Below are positions 39,318 through 50,596 of a stretch of 64,000 nucleotides of DNA, in pieces. A program made the translations under genes and the position numbers. The stretch lies in contig NW_008246092.1 in assembly GCF_000281045.1 (NCBI RefSeq), positions 325,637-389,636 of the forward strand, given 5' to 3'. Every line of letters starts with the position of its first letter. Positions within the stretch are counted from its first letter, which is position 1. The stretch is from Saprolegnia diclina VS20. Lineage: Eukaryota. Below the pieces are notes generated by a model that saw only the letters and a program-made list of their open reading frames with translations, had not been told where the DNA came from and did not search any database.

Positions 39318-39886
39318 GACCGTATTCTGTAGTATCTAAGACCTATAACTTGTCCGCTCGACGGACTTGCCGTGATGCTTTCGAAAAAAAGTGTAGGTCC
39401 CCAGTAGCTTCCAATGCCACGTGGGACGTCGACGCCGGCCATACTACTGTACAAGTGCGGCGGTCCGTCGTCGACAAGTTGTACATGAACGCCTAGTCCA
39501 ACTTGTCGCTGCGATCGGCTGCAAGACAGTCACCCATTCGACCCGTGCATTCGACCGTCTCTCAATTTTATAACGCAGTTCACCAATGGATCGGAATGTT
39601 ATAACACCCTATGTCGGCCCCTTAACACCGCCCGAGCTGCACTTTGCGACACGCGACTTGAAAGAACCTCCCATTCTCACCATTACGCCTGGCCACTCGG
39701 AGAATAAAAAGACGCGGACGGCATACAAACCTTGAGTACAATTTAATTCGAGAGGTTGAATCGTTGCAACCTCAGCTTGCACTTGAGGTTTGTATACACG
39801 CGGGCGCACCGTGTGTCAATGGGGAGCGCCGGCTCGTTGCGGTGCCATTTTGCGTCCGACCGAGAAGTTGCCAGAGCGTAAGGAGG

Positions 39887-41032
39887 ATGGTGCATCTTGC
39901 CAGCCTCGCCCTGCTTCTGGGTACGCGCCTGCATGCGACCTCGCCAGGTGCTAACGCTGCATGTAGCCTCGATGGCCACAGCCGACTTTGTCGCGAACGT
40001 GACGACCAATGTCCCCACGCTGGCGCCGACGCTGGCGCCGACGACCGTGCCCATCATCACGATTGCCCCCGTGACGCTACCGCCAACCACGACACCGGCG
40101 CCGACCACAGACACGCCGTTGCCCACGACCGTGACGGTCACGCCGCTGCCAACGACCAAGACCGTCGCGCCCGTGACGACGCCGGTGGCCACGACCGCCA
40201 CGACAGCGCCGGTGACCACGACGCCCAAGCCAACAACACGGGCGCCGACGACCATGCCTGTGGTCTCGTCGTCGTCGTCGTCGGGCGACGCCGAGACAGC
40301 CGCGCCAACGCAGTCGGTCAAGGCNNNNNNNNNNNNNNNNNNNNNNNNNNNNNNNNNNNNNNNNNNNNNNNNNNNNNNNNNNNNNNNNNNNNNNNNNNNN
40401 NNNNNNNNNNNNNNNNNNNNNNNNNNNNNNNNNNNNNNNNNNNNNNNNNNNNNNNNNNNNNNNNNNNNNNNNNNNNNNNNNNNNNNNNNNNNNNNNNNNN
40501 NNNNNNNNNNNNNNNNNNNNNNNNNNNNNNNNNNNNNNNNTACACCAACCAGGAAGCCGCCGCCAAGGCTGCAGCATCCTACGCCTACGCGAACACTCAG
40601 AGCTACAACGCGACGCCCAGTTACAGCAACGCCAATGTGACGCCTGGGTATGCCTCCAACAATGTGACGCCGGCGTATGCCTCGAACCAAACCAGCTTTG
40701 GCGGGGCACCCACGTACGCCAACCAGCCGAGCTTTGGCGCGACCAGCAACAACCGCAGCTTTGGCGGCACGGCCGTGCCCATGTCGCGCTACCAGCAGCA
40801 GCAGCAATACGACACGACCAACTACAGCTCGCAGCAGTACTACCCGCAGACGATGCAGACGTCACCAGGCCCGTACCGTGCACCACCGGCGCCCGTGGCT
40901 TCGTTCCGATACGAAGAGCCGTCGTTCGCGGAGAGCACGTACGAGTTCAACGACTCGATGGCGTCGCGCGACAGCCAAATGACCGACGTCTACCGGTCGC
41001 CCCGCAACCGGAAATCGTCGATCGAGCTGTAA
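39887..41032 (+). CDS. Mucin-like protein 3, interrupted by an assembly gap (TM presumably in the gap)
   Basis: Intron 39921-39966 (gtacgc..gctaac..gtag) gives MVHLASLALLLASMATA. Long P/T stalk; after the gap a Tyr-rich tail ending RKSSIEL. Confidence 0.65.
   Translation: MVHLASLALLLGTRLHATSPGANAACSLDGHSRLCRERDDQCPHAGADAGADDRAHHHDCPRDATANHDTGADHRHAVAHDRDGHAAANDQDRRARDDAGGHDRHDSAGDHDAQANNTGADDHACGLVVVVVGRRRDSRANAVGQGXXXXXXXXXXXXXXXXXXXXXXXXXXXXXXXXXXXXXXXXXXXXXXXXXXXXXXXXXXXXXXXXXXXXXXXXYTNQEAAAKAAASYAYANTQSYNATPSYSNANVTPGYASNNVTPAYASNQTSFGGAPTYANQPSFGATSNNRSFGGTAVPMSRYQQQQQYDTTNYSSQQYYPQTMQTSPGPYRAPPAPVASFRYEEPSFAESTYEFNDSMASRDSQMTDVYRSPRNRKSSIEL
40325..40540. other. Assembly gap (216 N)
   Basis: Run of N. 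Reading frames on either side differ, so the gap length is probably an estimate. Confidence 0.99.
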
Positions 41033-41669
41033 GCCTTCCAGACACCACCCCCTTTGTACAGACCATATCCTAATTCTAGTAAATATCAACCAGTGTAGTT
41101 AATTCCTAAGCACGAAATAAGTCCAAATATATGGCAACAAGCACTTACAGTTGCTCCGCTGACTTGGGTCGCAGAGAATAACTTACAAGTTGTCTACCAA
41201 CCGGTGTACAAATTGTCCAAAGCTTCGAAAAGCGCGGCAAGATCCGTCTTCGTCCTTTCTACTAGACAATGGCTCTGCATCAAGTCGGCTGTATAACTAT
41301 AAGTCCTTGATGACGAAGCAAGTCCACCTAGCAACGACGACGACGGACTGCAGCTTGGCAAAGCTACTGTGGGTGGAATATGGCTGCGTTACATGGCGCG
41401 CGTCTGCGCAGATCGGCGAGAAGTTGAACATACATAAAACCAGAGCCAATCAGCGGCGCGATTGACTCAATTCAACCAATCACCTTGGAGCGATCACTGG
41501 CGTGGAGTGCGTAATGACCGGCCTTTTCGTCGGCCAATCCGGATACGCCACCCGACCAGACCCACGGTCTGAGTCGCTACAAACCCCGAGTGTGCTGGCA
41601 CAGCATCCGGATACGGCGCGCAAGCCAGACCAACGCAGAACTCAATCTCGTGGAGATTATCACGCGGCG

Positions 41670-42680
41670 ATGAAGGCGCTCGTCCTGCGTAGGCAGCTCG
41701 CTCGTCGCCTTCCTGGCTCATCATGCATGCATCTTGTAGTTGTCTTGTCGCTCTCGGTGGCCTCGGCCGTCGACTCGTCCATCTGCGCTGCGCCCAAGTG
41801 CATCCTCGGCAACCAGGCCGGCAACATTGCGCTCGGCGCCGTTGCGCTCGACTCGTCGCCATGCTTCCAGAACAACGGCAAGGACATGCCGGCCTGCTAC
41901 GCATATGACCTCGCTGGCAAATGCCCGAACTTTCCAGGTGTGATCGACTGTGCCAAGGTGGCGACGCCGGCGCCGACGACCGCGCCGCCGACAACGACGG
42001 CCGCGTCGACGACAACAATAAACACAGTAACGCCGCCACCGTCGACGAAAGGCGGCGATGGCACTGGCGGCAGCACGGACGGCGGCTCGTCCAGCGGCAA
42101 CAAGATCTGGCCGTATGTCGTCGGCGGTGGCGTCGCGCTCGTCGCGATCGCTGTCCTAGTGATTGTCATGGTGAAGAAGTCGTCCCGGACAAACGAGGAA
42201 GACGACCTCGATCCGGTCGAGTATGCCAAGCCGATCCCGACCTCGTCGTCGGGCAACTTTAAGGACGGCAACGTCAACGGCGGCGGTATGCCCAACCCGC
42301 GCCCGGGGTACAACAACTCGTTCTTGCAGCCCGACGTGGAGAAGGGCTACCCAGCGCGGGCGAATCCGTCGTTCAACCAAGGCCCGACCGCGCGCCAGAA
42401 CCCGTCGTTTCTCAACCAGCCGCGCGCGCAACAAGGCTACGGCAACGCGTTCCCGCAGGCGCAGGTCGTCCCGCCCATCTACTCGCAGCAGCCGCCGCCG
42501 ATGACCAACAACAACTCGCTCGGGCCGCATGCTGCGCCGCCGCGCCGCGAGTCGCGCGACATGGCCACCATGGGTGTGGACCACGCGCCGCCCAAGGAGC
42601 AGTTTTATGTCCCCCAGGTCGAACTGCACTTTGGCGAGCACGAAGAGCCGTCCGGGCGAAGGGAATCGTACGAGTTTTAG
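41670..42680 (+). CDS. Type-I membrane mucin-like protein 4
   Basis: Intron 41689-41739 gives signal peptide MKALVLLVVLSLSVASA. 6-Cys head, T/P stalk, TM YVVGGGVALVAIAVLVIVMV, NEEDDLD, ends RRESYEF. Confidence 0.8.
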   Translation: MKALVLRRQLARRLPGSSCMHLVVVLSLSVASAVDSSICAAPKCILGNQAGNIALGAVALDSSPCFQNNGKDMPACYAYDLAGKCPNFPGVIDCAKVATPAPTTAPPTTTAASTTTINTVTPPPSTKGGDGTGGSTDGGSSSGNKIWPYVVGGGVALVAIAVLVIVMVKKSSRTNEEDDLDPVEYAKPIPTSSSGNFKDGNVNGGGMPNPRPGYNNSFLQPDVEKGYPARANPSFNQGPTARQNPSFLNQPRAQQGYGNAFPQAQVVPPIYSQQPPPMTNNNSLGPHAAPPRRESRDMATMGVDHAPPKEQFYVPQVELHFGEHEEPSGRRESYEF

Positions 42681-42841
42681 AACTCCCATCCGCCGCCTCT
42701 TTGCTACGATGGTGAATTTGTGATTAGCGGCAAATCAACCCCAACCCCAACCACCACCACAACCACAACATTATACCTTTTCTTTGAGCCACCTGTTGCT
42801 GCGTCGATATACGATCTGGGTACTAGTAGGCTGGGGTCTCA

Positions 42842-45550
42842 TTATTGCTGCGCCAACTCGGGTTTGTGGAAGACGAGCGCCTTGGGCGTGCTGGGGTAAA
42901 TGCACGTGAGCACGTGGATGCTGAGCACGAGCTGCGACAGCGACGGGTACACGACGCGGGCCTTCTCGTCTTGGAGGCGCATCTCAAACGTCGACGAGAT
43001 CGGGTTGAACTCGATCGGGACAAACTCGACGCGGAGACTCGCCGTGAGGTACGCGACCACGAGGCACGACTGGCGCGTCTCGGAGAAGCGCAAGAGGAAC
43101 GTGCCCGGCGCGTTCGTCGCCAAGAGCATGGCTTTCGACGCCTCTTTGGAGATGAAGCCGTGGAGGAGGCGCGGGTGCTTGAACGCCCACACGTTGGTCT
43201 TTTGAATGCACACAATGAGCGGCTCAAACCAGCTCCAGAACGCCGCAAACATGGCCACGTCGACTGCATTTTCCTTTGTTTTTGGACACCGGCCAGGGGC
43301 CCCTAATGCAAGGTTGAGGAGGAGGTCGAGACAAGTCAGAGGCGTACCCCAAATGAGCGACGAGGACGCAAGGAACTCCATGCAGCGGCTCGAGAGCGGG
43401 CGCTCGACGGCGGCCTGGCGCACCTTGGACGCAAAGAAGCGGCTGATTTGCTGCGCGAGAAGCTCAAACGGTACAGCGGTCGTGCGCCGACCGTCGACGT
43501 GCGGCGTCGACGCTTCGTACTCGACGACGGCGTGCGCCCAGACAACGCAGCCTTCTGGTGACGAGATGTGGGCCCGTGCGTGCTGACGGACCGCAAAGAC
43601 GAGCAGCTGCTGGGGGGACATGCCGCCGGTCGCCACCTCGGTGCCACCAGCGTCGGTCCGGCGGTCGAGAAACGAGCCGTGCTTGCGCAACGGTGTTGGG
43701 TCCATTTGCGCCGACGCGACGCGGCTCGATGCCGACTTGACGAGCCCATGCGGGTGCCGTGCGTGGCCATACGGCAAAAGCGGGCAGTAGTCGTTGGCCA
43801 AGTCTTGCTTGGAGCTCGGGTCGAGGCCTGCGATCACCGACGGGATGAGGTAGTGGAGAAACTCGCGCTCGTCGCGCTGCAAATCGCGGACTTCAAGCAG
43901 TTGGGCCACCTACTCGGCGTTATTACTCGAGTTTGAAAAGACCATATGGACGACGTACGGCGCAGATCGTCCGCGGGTGGCCACCCAGTGCGTCCATGAC
44001 GACGCCACGGCTAAACGCGTGGAGGTCGCCGCCCATTTCGTGGATCTGCAGCCGCCGCGGCGCGCGCACTGTGAAGAGCAGTGCGGCGTCCATCGGCGGG
44101 AGGTGCTCGATCGGGATGATGCGCTCGCCCACGCCGCAGTCCATACCGGTACCGCCGCCGAGGCGCGAGTCGCTCGTGAGGAGCAAGCTCAGTGACCGCA
44201 CGCGGCGTAGCAGCTAGTCCCATGATCATCGAGACGACGATATCCTCGTGGAATCGTACCTGGGAAATGACGGACCGGAGTTGCGGCATCAGTCCCGGGG
44301 CCAGCGCCTTGTTTAGGAAGAGGGCGTTGCAGCCGTCCATGACTAGGAGGTACTTGGTCGACTGCGACGACGCGGACGATTCGAGCTTGTCGCGGATGCG
44401 GTCCGTGAGTTTTTCCAGCGCCTCGTCGCTGTCGACATCGGTCTCGTCACTGAGCGGCACGTTGAAGCTCTTGGCGAGCCGACCCATGAGGTATTGCCGC
44501 AGCGACAGCGACGACGGCGTCGTCGCGAGGGCAAAGCGCAAAAAAAAGATGCGCGCAAAGAGGTACCTATCGGTCGCATACTGGCACGTCTGGAGAGCGA
44601 CTTCGGTCTTGCCAATGCCCGCGGGTCCCGTGAGGCACACCATGCGCGCGCCTTCCACGAGCGCCGTGTAACATGCGTGGACTTCAATCGACCGCCCAAC
44701 AAACACTTCGGCGACCGCGTCGCATTCGTTGATCGGCAGCGGCGGCGTCAAGTCTTGGTACTTGCCGAGCGCAAGGTCGGAAAAGAGGTGGCTGCGTGCA
44801 TGGTCGCCATTGCCGAGGAGCTTGAACTTGGACTGGTGGTGGTCGGCGATCGACACAATGTCGGCCTGGACCTGCCTAGTGCATATCGGATGAATCCTTA
44901 TCGAGGCGACGGCGCGGGATGGATGCTATACCCGATTTCAAAAGCCTTGTAGACGCTGTGGCCTGCCAAGAGCGCGGTGTAGAAGGCCTTGGAGAACTCC
45001 ATGGCCTTTTGGTCGAGCACCTTGTCTTCCTTGGGCACGACAACGACGTGCGGGACGCCGGCCGAGACAAAGGCCTCGGCGACGCTCTCGGAGTGGCAGG
45101 CGCTGACAAAGACGAGGCGCATTGTGTTCTCGGGCGACGTGCCCTGGACGCCGGCGAGGAGCAGCGTCTTGAGCTCTTGCTGCGATAAAAAGTGCGCTTC
45201 GCAAGTGCCATTTTCAAAGATGACCTTGCCGGGCACGCCGTGGCCCGAAAAGTGCAGCGCGCGGCAGCCGTACGAGATGACCTACTGCACGCCTGAGCGT
45301 GGCGCCCGTGGATGCGGACATCTTGTACCTTGCGGAAGGTATGCACGTCGGCGACTTCGCTGCGCCAGCACACTTGCTTGTTGCATTCTTGCAGACACTG
45401 CAAGAGGAGGCGGCGCTCTTCCTTGACGTCGAGGATCTCGATCGGCTGGAGGTCGAGGCTGAAGCTGAACGGGTGCGCCGGGTTCAGCGGCTTTGGGAGG
45501 CTCGCGGTCTGGCGCACCACCAGCGGCGACGAGTGGAGATGCACAAACAT
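42842..45550 (-). CDS. CHAT (caspase-like) protease + STAND/NB-ARC-like ATPase + STAT-type linker-SH2 fusion protein, about 820 aa, 6 exons
   Basis: Introns 45282-45328, 44876-44931, 44214-44259, 43910-43958 and 43303-43347 join one frame. Motifs LHFSGHG and VFVSACHS; FVGR..GPAGIGKT, LLVMDG, LLTS, GGHP; FWSWF..LHGFISK..PGTFLLRFSE..IYPSTPK. The start codon may lie further upstream. Confidence 0.85.
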
Positions 45551-46285
45551 CGCCACGGTCGGAGCCAAAATCACCGCTTTCCGTATACCGACGGGATATC
45601 CGGATAACGGTTGCACTTTGGCGGTGACGTCAGACAATAGTGTACAATCAATCCCTCATACGTAAAGAAGGGCGGGAGGTATCGCTCAAGTCATTTGACG
45701 AACGAGACGAGCCTTTAACGAGTGCTACGAAGAAGCTCCAACCAAGGAATGGCCAACTTCCGGCGTGGGTATTAGAGAGATCGTGGGTCGCTCCTGGTGA
45801 CTTGCTACGTGGCGCTTTGGCTTGACACATACGGCCAAGTATCTGTGCAGCGAGCAGACGTCGCACGTGTTGGCTGCTGGTGCAACGAAGAACTAGAGAG
45901 TTGATGAACACTTGGTCCACATTGTAGCTCTATCGTGTCCAGTCGGGTGTGGGTCCCATTCGAATTCAGTGATGCCAAGACTGGGACGAGAAGCTTGCAC
46001 ACCTCGAGGCGGTTTCCGAAGCATGCTTGGGGATGGCGCGACACTGTCGAGATGTTGAGATGATGCTAGTACCCACTGCGTCAACGTCTTCTCGTCGCAA
46101 GCGACATGCTGATGACGAGACCAAGCTTGCGGCAGAGCCACGTAGCATCACGCGTTCGCACCGACTTCGCTGCCTGCACCAGGGGTAGGGTTTTGCCCGA
46201 TTACGCGTTTGGTCCAAGCTAGTGTGCATCATATTCGCTGCGTAATCTTTGATTACGTTGTCGACAACCAACGTCGTCGTCGCTC

Positions 46286-48622
46286 TTAGATTGCGCAGCG
46301 GAACCCGATCGTGGCGGCGCGGTCGTAGCTTTGGCTCAGCGTGAGGAACTTGCCGTGCTTGTTGCTCGCCGTGATCGCTGGAAAGTACCAGTTGGGGTCG
46401 CGGAGGCTCGACGCGACCGGCGCATACGCGCTGCCACCACGCACCAAGACGCTGCACGTACGCTCGTCGCAGAAGGCGTCGGTCATTTGCCACACGTGTC
46501 CGAGGAGCGCGCAGACGTCCGATGCCGTCGCGCACCCGGCGGGGTACGCATCGACGTCGACCGCGGCGATGACGTCACCATGGCGCTGAACACGTGGGTG
46601 CCGGGACGGCTCGAACGCATCGCCGTACGGCACGCTGTTGTACGCGACGCCGTTGGAGGCGACGTACTGCCACTCCCAGTCGTGGGGCAAGCGCAGGCCG
46701 TAGTAGGCAGCAAAGGCCTGCGCATCTTCGAGCGAGACGTGCACAACGGGCTGCGACGCGACCGCTGTCGGCACCGACCACGCTGCAATGGGCGCGTACG
46801 AGCCATCCTTGTGAAGGCGGTCGCTCCAGTGCAAGAGGAAGCGATCCACGTCCGTCGGTACGTACTTGGACGACGCGAGGAACGCGTGGTACTGCGCGTT
46901 CGTCACGGGGTACTTCATGATCTGAAAGTCCTCGATCCAGAGCTCGGTGGCGTGGTGGGGGCGCGGGCGGTCTTCCCAAGGGAATTGGACCCCGACACCA
47001 AACTCTTTGCCATTCGGTGTCCACGCGGGCACGGGCTCGATCTGGACACCATCCACGCGGAACGTCCACGCCTTTGTGCCGTTGATCGGCACCTACATAG
47101 TATCGTCGCATTGTTGCGACTGCCATGGATGGTACGTACGTACCAGTTGAAGGAGCTCCGTGACGTTGAGCGTCGCCGGCGCGCGCTGGTCGTACGTGCT
47201 GGATGCGTCCGGGCCGACGACGATGGACGTGGCCGACGACTGCGTCGTCATGCGCTGCTGCAAGAGCGGGCGGCTCGTGTCGTAGGCAGCGAGTGGCGTC
47301 GTCGTACGCGCGTGCATCGACGCGAGGAACGCTTGAAGCCACTTTGGCTCGCTCCCAGCGGCCACGACATAGTACGCAGCGTAGCCATACTCTTCAATGT
47401 GCCCACGAAAGGTGACGGTGGCCCCGGACACTGTGGCGGGCACGGCTTTGCCGTAGTACAAGTCGTAAACAGCCACGGTTGACGTCTCCTGGAAGGCGGC
47501 CAGCGGAAGCGAGAGGTCGCCGTCAAACACGTCGTTGCTCGTTCGGATCGCAGTGTACAAGATGGCGTTCGCCGATGGCACGGGAAACTTGGACGCGTGG
47601 ACGTTGGTTGGCAGGCCCGGGACATGCGGCGTCCACTCGAGGCTGGGTAGCGCAAAGGAGAAGCGCTGGAGAATCGACATGGACCGCTTGAGCGTCTCGA
47701 CCTCGCGCTTGGTCATGCCATTCCAGATGCCCCAAATGTTTTCCCAAATGACGTACCCAGCGCCGTTGAAGTGCGAGAGCTGGAACTCGAGGCCGCGGTT
47801 GAGCGACCACCGGCTGCAGATGAGCACCATGTGGCGAGGCTCCAAGAACTTGGCGCGCGCGACGGGCGGGAAGCTCGAGAAGCCGTAGTAGTAGCCCCAA
47901 CTCATCGGGTTTGTGCCCAAGTCGGACGAGGGCACTCCGCCTTCGGGGCACGTCGCCATGCCTTCGTTCGGTCGGTAGAACGAAGATGGGACGCCGTAGA
48001 GCGTATCACCGTTCACGCCGTCGGCACCCGTCGCACGCAGCACGTTGTAGAGCTCGTCGATATCGGACTGGTAGCGCGACTTGGTCGGGTTCGGGTCGCG
48101 CGTCGCCGTATCCCACGGCAAGTAGGGCAAGAAGACACGGATGTTGCGCGCATGAAAGTCCGCAACGAGCTGCTTGACGCCATCGATGCCACCCGGCAGC
48201 GAATACCATAAATCCCACTGGTTGCGCGTGTCGATGCCAAGGTTCGGGTACGATGGCCAAAGGAGGACGCTGTCGAACTGCAAGTCGAACGTCCCGAGGT
48301 ACTTGTCGAGCGTATACGCATTCGTGTCGCGGTCAAAGAGCATGCGGTCGTGCATCATGACGAAGACTTGGAGCAGGCTTGTCTGCGTCCATTGCAAGGC
48401 CGGCGTGTTGTAGACGCTATTGACGTCCTTGGGCGCATAGCGAACAGTGCGCAGCTCCAGCTCCTTCCACGTCGCCCACTTGCTTCGCCACGCTTCGATG
48501 GACGCGTTGTCATGGCGGCCTGGCCCGTCGATGAGCTCGTAGCCCTCGGGCTGCGGCTCCCACGCACCAACGACGGCCGCGAGCACTGCCAGCCATGTCG
48601 TCAGCCCCACGACGCCCCTCAT
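46286..48622 (-). CDS. Secreted protein with glycosidase-like N-terminal domain and C-terminal FGE-sulfatase (SUMF1-like) domain; 2 exons
   Basis: Signal peptide MRGVVGLTTWLAVLAAVVGA; LLWPSYPNLGIDTRNQ; intron 47093-47143; FGE motifs YPVTNAQY, PVVHVS, RLPHDWEWQY, GHVWQMT, RGGS, IGFRC. Confidence 0.82.
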
Positions 48623-48671
48623 TCTCAACCCAAAAAAGATTTGCGATCCGAAGTGCTTTTAGCGCGTGCGG

Positions 48672-48771
48672 ATTGGCCAAAATACAAGCATTTTTACATT
48701 GGTCTAAAATCGTTCAAGAGAAATGTATGATTGGCCAACGATTTGAATTGTTGGATTGGTGGAAACCCAAT
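48672..48771. promoter_or_regulatory. Cluster of five CCAAT/ATTGG boxes upstream of the FGE-like gene
   Basis: ATTGG at 48672, 48698, 48730, 48754; CCAAT at 48767. Similar clusters at 31654-31752, 41446-41538 and 56560-56644. Confidence 0.55.
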
Positions 48772-49675
48772 CAATTACGTGAGCAGTTTCAAATGTGGCA
48801 CAATCGAAGTTGACGAGCGGTAACTTCGACGAACACAAACGTCGCCTCGCGAAGCCTTGGCACCGCGTGCAGCAGGTGCGGCTGATGATGATGTTATGGA
48901 TAAAGCATGAGCATCGCGTGGTCATGAGGTCGCGCGACGACGACGTCGGATTGCCATGGGGATGCGACGCCCCACACTCCATTTGAGACACGTTAGATGA
49001 TTTGGAGGGCGGACTAGCGTCATCGCTGGTACAGTTTATCAGAGGTAGCTCAATACACCCTCTATTTCCCCTCCACGACCCAATGATTGCGCGCACCGGA
49101 TTACGGCACGCTGGTGCGCAAATCAAATATATCTCCAGTCGCTGAACGAGCCGCAATCATCGACCCGTGGCGTTTGGTTTTGATCGGGCGATCGATACTG
49201 CCTATCCTCAACGCCAGCAAGATCCAGCGCGTCGTCGATTTACAGAACACAAGCGCGCGTTTCAAATATATATCGCGGACGAATCTCAGTCCCATCGCGT
49301 TATCATCCTGGTCGTCGGCTCCTTAGCGCAGTGCACTTTGGCCGTGTCTGTGTCGAGTCGCATCATCCAAGCGGCGCTCCAATCAGGCGCTTGTATCCAG
49401 ACGTGCAGTAGCCACTCCTATATGCGTCGTCGCCGCCCGAGAAGACATTGGACGACCAACGTTCGGGATACGCCGAGCGTGGTCCTAACGTTATCATTCG
49501 CGACGGAGGATGCACGGTGTACGAGAAATGTTAACTCTGGCTTTCACTATGCTACAAAACTAGCATCAACGTCACGAAGTTCGAAGCGCGTTCATGACGA
49601 AATCAGGACATGGTGGTAAACACGACCCGAGGTCACGTCACGGGCAACGCGACGTCGGGTCATTTCCGAATTTCA

Positions 49676-50596
49676 ATGGTGGCCCCGAAGCGACGCAAGA
49701 CCTCGTCGGTCTCGACGATGAGCAAGGACGGCGAGTCGCCGGATGCGCACCCGTCCAAGATGGACAAGCGCCGTTACGACTGCATGATGAACCAGCGCCG
49801 GTACCGCGAGCGCAAGAAGAGCAAGACACAAAACACAGAGTGGTATGTCGACGAGCTTCGGCGCGAGACGCGCCGCCTCGAAGAGCACGCGGCACTCCTC
49901 AAGTCGAACGTGCTCATGCGCAACATCCAAGCCGGCACCTTTCGCTGCCGGTCGATCTCGACCTACATGAGCCTCTTCCGGTCCGGCCTCGCCCGCGTGC
50001 CGGGCCACTTGCTCAACCAGCAACTCGACATCATCGACAGCCTCATGCACCCGAACGTTGTGCTCAACGGCAGCGTCGGCATCCATGGCCTGCGCCAGCA
50101 GTGGGAGGCGTTCAACGAGTACTTTTCCCAGATCAACATGAAGGTGCTCGACATGCAGACGCTCGGCGACGACCACGCCGTTGTCGTCGTTGACGCCGTT
50201 CTCGAGCTCCTCTTTGACCGCCACACGATCTCGTGCTTGTTCCCGCACGCTGCCGGCCGCGACGACCTCGTCATGGCTGTCCTTGACAAGATGATTGCGT
50301 GTCCGTTGCGCCTCTCGTTTGTCTTTGGCGACAACCAAGTCGAGTCGACGGAGGCCCACCTCAGCTTTGTCGAAGGTCTCCACAACGTCTTTGGCAACTT
50401 GGTCGACACGACGCTCTTCGTCCACGGCGGTGACGCGACACGCATTACGCCCGAGGGCATGATCGCGGTCGAGGCCGTGCTCTTGACGCAGCTGAGCTCG
50501 CGCGCCCACGAGATGGTCTCAAGCCCTGTCAAGCTCGACATGCTCAAACCAACGTTGGCACCGCTCAAGAGCGAGATGAACTACATCCTTATGTAA
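49676..50596 (+). CDS. Oomycete Cys-type bZIP transcription factor 1 (alternative ATG at 49610)
   Basis: Basic region KRRYDCMMNQRRYRERKK, leucine zipper, oomycete bZIP C-terminal domain (TISCLFPH). Confidence 0.85.
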   Translation: MVAPKRRKTSSVSTMSKDGESPDAHPSKMDKRRYDCMMNQRRYRERKKSKTQNTEWYVDELRRETRRLEEHAALLKSNVLMRNIQAGTFRCRSISTYMSLFRSGLARVPGHLLNQQLDIIDSLMHPNVVLNGSVGIHGLRQQWEAFNEYFSQINMKVLDMQTLGDDHAVVVVDAVLELLFDRHTISCLFPHAAGRDDLVMAVLDKMIACPLRLSFVFGDNQVESTEAHLSFVEGLHNVFGNLVDTTLFVHGGDATRITPEGMIAVEAVLLTQLSSRAHEMVSSPVKLDMLKPTLAPLKSEMNYILM

